From assembly GCF_006345805.1 (NCBI RefSeq), contig NW_021828118.1, positions 1 to 8,795 on the forward strand: a DNA stretch of 8,795 nt, written 5' to 3'. Numbering within the stretch: the first letter of the stretch is position 1; every line of letters starts with the position of its first letter. Below, in pieces: positions 1-7,396 of this stretch. The stretch is from Octopus sinensis (Eukaryota). Under the pieces are notes generated by a model, which saw only the letters and a list, made by a program, of their open reading frames with translations, searched no databases and was not told the DNA's origin. The position numbers and the translations under genes were made by a program.

Positions 1-2
1 TT

Positions 3-78
3 CGTGTGTGTGTGTATTAATATATATATATATATATAATATAATATACACATCTATATATATATACACACCTATATA
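3..78. repeat. Compound (GT)n/(TA)n microsatellite
   Basis: Direct reading: gtgtgtgtgtgt followed by tatatata runs. Confidence 0.95.
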
Positions 79-374
79 ACGTATGTGTTGTGGGTGTATG
101 AGTAACCTCTGTTTATTCTGCCATTAATCTCAATCTGTGACTGTTCTGTTTTTGTATTTACTTTGGAAAATGTCTAGAATGCTCTGCGTGGAATTTCTTG
201 GTGATTCCCCTGATTAATTGTGCAGTGATCCGCTACACTGGTGCAGCATCTATCTAAAAGATGCGGTATGTGAGTGATGCAGGGCGGAGCGGGCTGTAGC
301 AGTGCGATGATAGGATCATCTGCATGTCTATCATATACCATCTCTGCTCCCTCTCACTGGCTGTCGTTCTCCTT

Positions 375-412
375 GTGTATATACATACATACATACATAT
401 ATATATATATAT
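375..412. repeat. (TACA)n/(TA)n microsatellite
   Basis: atacatacatacatacatatatatatatat. Confidence 0.95.
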
Positions 413-531
413 GGCTTCATTTAATTCACCAACTTCCAATAAACATGATTTTTTTTCTTTTTATTATTTCATGTCGTGTATCTTTACGTGTAGGTATGCA
501 GACGTATCCGCACGTATTTGCATATATAAAA

Positions 532-612
532 ATATATATATGTAGATATATGTATATAACATACACACACACACACACACATACACACACAACCATATAT
601 ATATATATATAT

Positions 613-643
<31 letters not shown>
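532..643. repeat. Compound (TA)n/(CA)n microsatellite
   Basis: Alternating TA and CA runs, ending in a near-pure (TA)n block at about 595-643. Confidence 0.95.
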
Positions 644-791
644 ACCGGAGTAAACACATAAATGTGAAACAAGGTGGAAAAAGAGTACTCAAATACCAGT
701 GGTAGAGTAATATGCTTTATTTAAAGCAGCAGAAAATTCACCAAAATCTGTTACTCTGAGTTTCTCGTTGCCGTTCATCAACAGTTTTTGC
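644..791 (-). mobile_element. Short interspersed repeat embedded in (TA)n, probably a Penelope-like pseudo-LTR or retrozyme-type remnant
   Basis: A 148-bp complex island sharply bounded on both sides by (TA)n, with a hammerhead-like motif at its minus-strand 5' end. The PLE assignment is inferred from the known association of minimal hammerheads with Penelope-like elements. Confidence 0.5.
742..790 (-). ncRNA. Minimal type I hammerhead-ribozyme-like motif (degenerate core)
   Basis: Minus strand reads CAAAAACUGU-UGAUGA-ACG GCAA CGA-GAA-ACUC A GAGU-A-ACAGAUUUUG. Helix I has 9/10 pairs, helix II has a GNRA loop, helix III is palindromic and the triplet is GUA. C3 is missing and the helix II closing pair is A.A. 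Confidence 0.7.
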
Positions 792-832
792 TATATATAT
801 ATATATAATATATATATAATATATATAATATA
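792..832. repeat. (TA)n-rich microsatellite
   Basis: Direct reading. Confidence 0.95.
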
Positions 833-912
833 AACATACCTACGTAAATGTTTGCTCTGCACAATGCTACTTACCTTAAAGTCACTTTTAAAACTTTCTG
901 CCGATTATAAAC

Positions 913-941
913 TACACACCACCACACACACACACACACAC
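913..941. repeat. (CA)n microsatellite
   Basis: Direct reading. Confidence 0.95.
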
Positions 942-964
942 GGCTTGCTAGCTTTCGACGAACT

Positions 965-1010
965 GTCCACTGAGGACCAACAGGACGAAAAAAGTATTGC
1001 AATATTGTTA
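965..1010 (+). ncRNA. Hammerhead-like remnant lacking the helix I 3' strand
   Basis: CTGAGGA 970-976, CC-AACA-GG mini-stem, GAAA 987-990, near-palindromic helix III 990-1009 centred on TTGCAA, triplet TTA 1008-1010. No partner for GTCCA (965-969) follows. Confidence 0.35.
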
Positions 1011-1011
1011 A

Positions 1012-1520
1012 CTAGCAGTATCGTCCGGCGTTGCTCGGTTTTGTAAGGGAAATAACTATATAAGCATTTTTAGAGAGTTACTTCCCTTATAGATGCCAAT
1101 TCGGGCTTTCTTAGCCATTTCTGTTTTTGGTGTCTTCAAGCCATGAAGTCGGTGTTTCTAAAAGAACGCTGGTCTCCTTGACAACGCTTTACGACGTTGA
1201 TTTCCTTACACTCCCTTCCCCACAGCTTCACGAGGGAAGGAAGAAGGGAGAGAAGCAAACAGGTGCAGGTGTGACCATGGAGCGCCAACTCCCGCCATCG
1301 ACACACGAAAAATTATGCATTAAAATGGAATAAAGAATGATTTAAATTATTTAAAAATCGTAACTCATCGTAGACACGCGCTAATAGCCAGACGGCTCGA
1401 TATGAATCACGACTATAAGATACCCGAATTTGTTAAACTGCAACCGCAAAATGTGGGAGTAGTTAGGAATCTAAATCGAAGGGACAGACACTCACACAAC
1501 TACAGTTTTATATATATAGA
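1012..1520 (-). mobile_element. Non-autonomous Helitron, both termini present (509 bp)
   Basis: Minus strand begins TCTATATATATAAAACTG (TC at 1520-1519, preceded by A) and ends CTAG (1015-1012, followed by T), giving A|TC...CTAG|T with no TSD. A GC-rich hairpin CCGAGCAACGCCGG (1038-1025) lies 9 nt from CTAG. These are canonical Helitron hallmarks. Confidence 0.8.
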
Positions 1521-1703
1521 TATAGACTATCGGCTTATTTGGGGATATTTTGGGGTTTCGAAATCCTATTTCCAAACGATTATTTCAATCTTATGTTTCT
1601 CATGGATCTCTCAACAGCGCCAAATAAAGTTTCAGTGAGAGAAGCATAGAAAACTTATGCATTTAATAATTGTCTAAAGATATGGATATCGAAACCTAAG
1701 GTA

Positions 1704-1857
1704 CCCGTCACCTAGCGGTTCGGCAAAAAGAGACCGATAGAATAGTACTGGGCTTACAAAGAATAAGTCCCGGGGTCGAGTTGCTCGACTAAAGGTGGTG
1801 CTCCAGCATGGCCGCAGTCAAATGACTGAAACAAGTAAAAGAGTAAAGAGTAAAAAG
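1704..1857 (+). mobile_element. 3' fragment of a cephalopod-type SINE with LINE-related tail
   Basis: Ends in a short tandem tail gtaaaagagtaaagagtaaaaag (1835-1857). Segment 1737-1790 resembles the SINE body motif at 2207-2254, and 1794-1817 matches the LINE 3' end at 7438-7415 (19/24). Family recognition is from memory. Confidence 0.75.
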
Positions 1858-1890
1858 GGTACCCCTCACTCATCCGGTAGACTATATTAA

Positions 1891-2115
1891 CCCATTAAGT
1901 CCTACTGTCCTATAAATAGGACACTAAATGAGAACGTTAAATAAGCCATATCATACTGTCTCAATGACCTATTTATGGGACACCGAGTATTTCCATTTCT
2001 ACTTGAAGTAAAGGAGTTTTAATAATTATTTTTTAAAAAAATTAACCTATTTTCAATCATCTGTAACAATTTAAAAGTAATATTCAGAAATTTAAGTACT
2101 TAGGGACTTAATGGG
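1891..2115. mobile_element. piggyBac-type MITE (225 bp)
   Basis: Perfect 12-bp TIRs CCCATTAAGTCC (1891-1902) and GGACTTAATGGG (2104-2115), CCC...GGG termini, flanked by TTAA (1887-1890) and TTAG (2116-2119, one mismatch to the TTAA TSD). AT-rich non-coding interior. Confidence 0.85.
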
Positions 2116-2135
2116 TTAGTAATACTAGTCAGCTC

Positions 2136-2310
2136 TTTCGTCCATCTTTACGTTCTGAGTTCAAATTCCGCCGAGGTTGACTCTGCCTTTCATCTTTTAG
2201 GGGTCTATAAATTAAGTACCAGTTTATTACTGGGGGATCGATGTAATCGACTTACTGCTCCCCTCCTCGGAAATTGCTGGCTTTGTGCCGAAATTTGAAA
2301 CCAATATTAT
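2136..2310 (+). mobile_element. 5'-truncated SINE, same body as the 4715-5115 family but a different tail
   Basis: 2136-2254 aligns to the reverse complement of 4965-5080 (ttctgagttcaaattccgccgagg...gcctttcatc...aagtaccagtt...gatgtaatcgactta). GAGTTCAAATTCC is B-box-like. Confidence 0.85.
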
Positions 2311-2832
2311 TCAGCTCTATTGACTACAAGTGTATAGAGCACTCACTCTTACAGTTCCGGTTTTGTAGGGAATCTTTCGATTCTGCGTATTACAGACAGA
2401 GACAGACCGACTACATCTCAACCAACGAATCTAGAAAGTTCCATCCTCCACCACCTCCACCCACCCTCCAGCTTATCCACGATGCCATTCATTCATTCAT
2501 CAATCCATCCAAGGAATCCACCGCCATTAGCCTTCTGCTAACAGCCGACCACCTCGCCAGTCCCCGACAACATTGGCTATTTATCCATTCCGCAGACGGA
2601 TAACTCCCTCCTCTCCCCCCCTCACTCTCTCTACTCTTCCTTTCTTCCTTCTTTCCATCCGTCCTTCTTTCCTTCGTCTCTTTCCTATACAAACAACCCT
2701 GAACCCTATTTATATGACCGAGCGTCGTCGTCGTCATCGTTGCCGTCTTCGAGAGGACTTCATATTTTCTCCATCAATCAATGTTGTGTTTAATGGTTCG
2801 AGTCTTGCCCAAAACCTCAACGGAATTGCCTG

Positions 2833-2865
<33 letters not shown>

Positions 2866-2899
2866 ACACGCACACGCACACACACAAACATACGCACAC
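2833..2899. repeat. (CA)n microsatellite with degenerate end
   Basis: Direct reading. Confidence 0.95.
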
Positions 2900-2920
2900 A
2901 CACACACACATCCACACGTA

Positions 2921-3252
2921 TAATTTGTTTTCGTTATTTTTCCTACATTTCTTGCGGTTGCTATTATTGTTACTGTTACTATTATTGGTGTTGTTGTTGT
3001 TCTTTTAAACTCTTCCTTTCCCTATATAGTTATTTTTATTTTTTTATTTTTCTTCGTTTGTTCTTGACTGAATTTTTCTAGCATTTTTTTTTTTTATTTT
3101 TTTTTTTGGTATTTAAAAAAATATACTCTTTTTTTCGTTATTTTTTGGGGGGTTTTTGTGGTTCAATCTCCTGTATGTTTTCAACATTTTTTACCAATTT
3201 TTTTGGGGCTTTTTTTTTACTATATTTTCATTTATTTATTTATTTATTCATT
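2921..3252. repeat. T-rich low-complexity tract with (TTG)/(TTA)/poly-T/(TTTA) runs
   Basis: Direct reading. Confidence 0.85.
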
Positions 3253-3357
3253 CATGTTGACCATGCTGTTTCCGTTTCATTTCGAACCCACGTCCCGCCG
3301 CGTTATTTCCAACCCCCACCTCCTTTTCGCCTCTTATTTACTTTCACAAACCTCTCT

Positions 3358-3763
3358 GCAACAACAACAACAACAACAGCAACAGCGCACACATACACAC
3401 ACACATATACACACACACATATACACATACATACACACACATATACACATAAATTCATGTACACATAAGTACGCACACATGCACACGCGTATACACACGT
3501 ACAGTCTTACATACACATACTCACGTACATGCATATACGCACACATACCCATAAGTGTGCACACATGTATATGCACACACACACACACACAGAGAGGAAC
3601 ACAGTCATATATACACATAAAGCATTTTTACATGCATATATGCACACGTACACACCTACGTACGCACACACATGTACATACGCATATATACACATACACT
3701 CATATGTACTCATACTCACGTACATGCATATATGCACACATACGCAAACACGTTCACACAGTT

Positions 3764-3812
<49 letters not shown>
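3358..3812. repeat. (CAA)n followed by a long degenerate (CA)/(TACA) tract
   Basis: caacaacaac at 3358-3386, then CA-based low complexity up to a pure (CA)n at about 3767-3812. Confidence 0.95.
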
Positions 3813-3815
<3 letters not shown>

Positions 3816-3917
3816 TGAATGAATAAAATAGAATTACGTAAAAAAATTATGTCCGATCCATATCATCGTTGTAGTCGCAAAACTGGAGACACACAGACAG
3901 TAAGATGAAGAAACATA

Positions 3918-4198
3918 TAGGCATGTAGAGAGAGAGAGAGAGAGAGATAGGTTCATAGGTAGAGAGAGTCAGATAGGTAGACAGATAGGCACATAGATAG
4001 ATAGATAGATAGATAGAGAGAGAGACAGATAGAGATAGATAGAGAGAGAGAGACAGATAGGCACATAGGTAGAGAGAGAGAGAGAGACGGATAGGCAGAT
4101 AGGTAGAGAGAGAGAGAGAGACGGATAGGCAGATAGGTAGAGAGAGACGGATAGGGAGAGAGAGAGACAGACAGACAGATAGGCACATAGGCACATAG

Positions 4199-4230
<32 letters not shown>

Positions 4231-4420
4231 GGATAGGCAGATAGGTAGAGAGAGAAATAGATAGGCACATAGGTAGAGAGAGAGAGAGAGAGAGGGACAG
4301 ACAGACAGATAGGCACGTAGGGAGAGAGAGAGACGGATAGGGAGGGAGAGGGACAGACAGACAGACAGATAGGAACATAGGTAGAGAGAGAGAGAGAGAT
4401 GGTAGAGAGGGACAGACAGG
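3918..4420. repeat. (GA)n-based minisatellite with recurring ataggcacataggtagag / acggataggcagataggtagag units
   Basis: Units recur many times, separated by variable (GA)n, (GATA)n and (GACA)n runs. Confidence 0.95.
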
Positions 4421-4536
4421 CAGCTTGATCAGACTGAGGAACAGACATACAGGTACACCTCTCATGAGGAACCTGCTGCCCGTGGGACCTTCTGATTGGT
4501 ACGCCTAACGAAAGGTTTCCTGAAAATCTTTAGTAG

Positions 4537-4603
4537 TGCGGCCCGTTTCATGATGAGCTGTGTCTCATGCGGCCCGCTTCTTAAAAAATGTTACACATGC
4601 CTG
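4537..4603. mobile_element. Possible single end of a hAT-type DNA transposon
   Basis: TGCGGCCCG occurs twice (4537-4545, 4568-4576), followed by ...ACATGCCTG (4595-4603), resembling hAT subterminal motifs and a CAGGCATGT-type TIR. No matching left TIR or 8-bp TSD was found. Confidence 0.35.
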
Positions 4604-4714
4604 AGACAGACAGACACATGAGCTTCTGCGTGGTCCGTACGACCTGCTAGAAACAACAGTGTAAGACACCAATATCACAACCAGCACCGAGAGTACTACC
4701 ACGACCACCACCAC

Positions 4715-5115
4715 TACCTATTTCTTTATTACCCACAAGGGGCTAAACACAGAGGGGACAAACAAGGACAGACATAGGTATTAAGTCGATTACATCGACC
4801 CCAGTGCGTAACTGGTACTTAATTTATCGACCCCGAAAGGATGAAAGGCTAAGTCGACCTCGGCGGAATTTGAACTCAGAACGTAACGCAGACGAAATAC
4901 CTATTTCTTTACTACCCACAAGGGACTAAACACAGAGAGGACAAACAAGGACAGACATAGGTATTAAGTCGATTACATCGACCCCAGTACGTAACTGGTA
5001 CTTAATTTATCGACCCCGAAAGGATGAAAGGCAAAGTCGACCTCGGCGGAATTTGAACTCAGAACGTAGCGGCAGACGAAATACCGCAAAGCATTTCGCC
5101 CGGCGTGCTAACGTT
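4715..5115 (-). mobile_element. tRNA-derived SINE with tandem duplication of its 183-184-bp body and tail; extreme 5' end missing
   Basis: Units 4715-4897 and 4898-5081 differ by about 6 substitutions and 1 indel. A single partial head lies at 5082-5115. Flanked by the 13-bp direct repeat CACCACCACTACC (4706-4718, 5118-5130). Confidence 0.9.
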
Positions 5116-5171
5116 AACACCACCACTACCACCACTGCGACAACCGTAACCATTCCTCTGGCGCCACCACT

Positions 5172-5237
5172 ATCATCATCATCATTAATCTTCTTCCCAG
5201 TGCAACCAGCATCATCATCATCATCATCATCATCATC
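5172..5237. repeat. (CAT)n trinucleotide repeats (two blocks)
   Basis: Blocks at 5172-5185 and 5210-5237. Confidence 0.95.
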
Positions 5238-5365
5238 GCCAATCGTCTGTCAACCAATCCTAAAGCACTTCCAACGTTTTATGATTTGTGTTAGTAATTT
5301 AATTCTCGGTCTGTGACATTTCTGCAGTTAAGACTTCCTGGGGATGGTTTGGCACTACGAACATC

Positions 5366-6402
5366 TCTACCTCTTCCTCCTCCTCTCTCTCGCTCCATCC
5401 ATCTCTCTCTCTCTCCCTCCATCCATCTCTCTCTCCCCTCCATCTCTCTTCTCCTCCCTCCATCCATCTCTCTCTCTCCCTCCATCCATCTCTCTCTCTC
5501 TCCCTCCATCCATCTCTCTCTCTCCTCCCTCCATCCATCTCTCTCTCTCCCTCCATCCATCTCTCTCTCTCTCTCCCTCCATCTCTCTCTCTCTCTCTCC
5601 CTCCATCCATCCCTCTCTCTCTCCTCCCTCCATCCATCTCTCTCTCTCCCTCCATCCATCTCTCTCTCTCCCTCCATCCCTCTCTCTCTCTCTCGCCCTC
5701 CACTCTCTCTCTCTCCATCCACTCTCTCTCTCCCTCCATCCATCCTCGCTCTCTCTCCCTCCATCCATCTCTCTCTCTCCCTCCATCCTCTCTCTCTCTC
5801 CCTCCATCCATCTCTCTCTCTCTTCGCCCCTCCATCCTCTCTCTCTCTCTCCCCCTCCATCCATCTCTCTCTCTCTCCTTCCTTCCATCCATCTCTCTCT
5901 TTCTCTCCTCTCTCTCCCTCCCTCCACTCTCTCTCTCCCCTCCATCCATCTCTCTCCTCTCCCTCCTCCATCTCTCTCTCCCGCCATCCATCTCTCTCTC
6001 TCTCTCTCCCCTCCATCCCTCTCTCTCTCCCTCCGTCCACCATCCTCTTCTCTCCCTCCACCATCTCTCTCTCTCCCTCCATCCATCTCTCTCTCTCTCT
6101 CCTCCCTCCATCTCTCTTTCTCTCTCTCGCCTCCCTCCCTCCATCTCTCCTCTCTCCCTCCATCCATCTCTCTCTCTCTCTCCCTCCATCTCTCCTCGCT
6201 CTCTCTCTCTCTCTCTCCCTACCTCCATCCATCTCTCTCTCCCTCCCTCCTCTCTCTCCTCCCTCTCCCTCCTCCATCTCTCGCTCTCCTCTCTCTCCTC
6301 TCCCTCCATCTCTCTCTCCCTCCCTCCTCGTCCTCCCTCCATCTCTCTCCCTCCCTCTCTCCTCTCTCTCCCTCTCTCATCTCGTCTCTCTCTCGCTCTC
6401 TC
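5366..6402. repeat. About 1-kb polypyrimidine minisatellite, unit approximately CCCTCCATCCAT(CT)n
   Basis: Plus strand is almost entirely C/T, with A mostly in CCAT and very few G. Confidence 0.97.
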
Positions 6403-6418
6403 ATTGTGTGTGATTAAA

Positions 6419-6545
6419 GCGCGTGGTTTAGTAGTTAGGGTGTTGTACCCACGATAGCAAGAACGTGGTTTCGATTTCCAAACAGACAGTGCATTGTGAT
6501 CTTGAACAAAACACTTCATTCTACTTTGCTCTAGTCCACTCAGCT
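6419..6545 (+). mobile_element. Diverged tRNA-derived SINE (head and partial body)
   Basis: A-box-like TGGTTTAGTAG (6424-6434) and B-box-like GGTTTCGATTTCC (6467-6479). Homologous to the head at 6590-6655; 3' boundary approximate. Confidence 0.75.
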
Positions 6546-6589
6546 CATGTTTAGTTCAGGCAGACTTTTGGCCTATCTGCCTGACCAAT

Positions 6590-6829
6590 GGTGGCGCGTG
6601 GCTTAGTGGTTAGGGTGTTGGACTCGTGATCGTAAGCTTGTAATTTCGATTCCTAGACCGGGTGACGCAAGGCACTTAATTTCACGTTGGTCCATTTCAC
6701 TCAGCTGGCAAAAATTAGTAATCCTGCGACGAACAGACATCTCGTCTAGGTGGGAAATTTATACGCCATGGAAACCGGAAAACCGGCCCTTATGAGTCGA
6801 CGTGACTCGAAAAGGTATCTAACTTTTCT
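6590..6829 (+). mobile_element. tRNA-derived SINE
   Basis: A box TGGCTTAGTGG (6599-6609), tRNA-like spacing, degenerate B box ATTTCGATTCC (6643-6653), non-tRNA body ending in a T-rich run at about 6824-6830. Confidence 0.8.
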
Positions 6830-6831
6830 TA

Positions 6832-6922
6832 CCTGCCTAACCAGCGTGGTAGCATCATTGGAAAACAGCATCTTAACCAGCTGTATATAACATCATCCGA
6901 CGGTCTGGTCGGTACAGTGATA
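6832..6922 (+). mobile_element. Diverged 3' fragment related to the SINE at 6961-7266
   Basis: 6891-6913 matches the reverse complement of 6978-7000 at 20/23, and gapped similarity continues to about 7077. Confidence 0.75.
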
Positions 6923-6960
6923 TCTATATATGTAATATATAATTATAATATATATATATA

Positions 6961-7266
6961 TATCACGTGATCACCTGACCGACCAGACCATCAGATGTTG
7001 CTACACATCGCTGGTCACAATGCGTTCGCATTGTTTTAGCTTCGAATGACGCCACCCCCGCTGGCTAAGCGAGCAGGCCAACAGAAGAAAGTTGAGAGAA
7101 GAGTGGTGAAAGAGTACAGCAGGTACCACCACCACCCCCTGCCGGAGCTTCGTGGAGCTTTTAGGTGTTTTCGCTCAATAAACACTCACAACACCCGGTC
7201 TGGGAATCGAAACTGCGATCCTACGACCGCGAGTCCGCTGCCCTAACCACTAGGCCATTGCGCCTC
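6961..7266 (-). mobile_element. Apparently full-length tRNA-derived SINE (about 306 bp)
   Basis: Minus strand starts GAGGCGCAATGGCCTAGTGGTTAGGG, with A box at 7257-7247 and B box GTTTCGATTCCC at 7213-7202. The 3' end runs into (TA)n at 6960. Confidence 0.88.
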
Positions 7267-7396
7267 TATATGTATATATATAGATCATACTATGGATGAC
7301 TAAATTACAACAGGTATATAGCCCATTGTTTATATTATAATGCATTGTTGTACCATTCAAAACTTTTTATTCTTTATATATATATATATATATATT

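Noticed and set aside
945-1018. TTGCTAG (945-951) pairing with CTAGCAG (1012-1018) as helix I of the second hammerhead
   Set aside because: The 5' strand is not adjacent to the CTGAGGA core and the 3' strand belongs to the Helitron terminus, so it is probably coincidental.
254-1046. Short ORFs in the first kilobase
   Set aside because: They run through TA/CA microsatellites and show no recognisable protein motif.
2274-3008. ORFs 2274-2603, 2573-2923, 2489-2737 and 2781-3008
   Set aside because: They start in a SINE tail or cross low-complexity DNA with no recognisable family. A short real exon cannot be excluded without RNA data.
3106-4465. ORFs with polyQ, HT-repeats and LS-repeats
   Set aside because: Produced by (CAA)n, (CA)n and (GA)n tracts; overlapping in several frames with no coding signal.
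4434-4520. CTGAGGA (4434-4440) and CTGATTG...GAAA (about 4493-4513) as hammerhead cores
   Set aside because: The first has no helix II or GAAA at the right distance; the second lacks G8/A9 and supporting helices.
4715-5081. CRISPR array, or a ribozyme-bearing retrozyme tandem
   Set aside because: Only two long adjacent units with no spacers, in a eukaryotic context, and no hammerhead core on either strand of the unit.
5291-6519. Five long ORFs (266-406 aa; ER/G-rich or S/L/P-rich)
   Set aside because: They are translations of the (CT)n/CCAT minisatellite, which lacks stop codons on both strands. No domain-like sequence.
6789-6815. CTTATGA-GTC..GAC-TCGAAA as a fourth hammerhead
   Set aside because: The core is CUUAUGA, the real hairpin GAGTC/GACTC consumes core bases, and no helix I or III can be formed.
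6419-7266. tRNA genes
   Set aside because: A/B boxes are present, but acceptor and T stems do not close into a cloverleaf and the sequences continue into SINE bodies.
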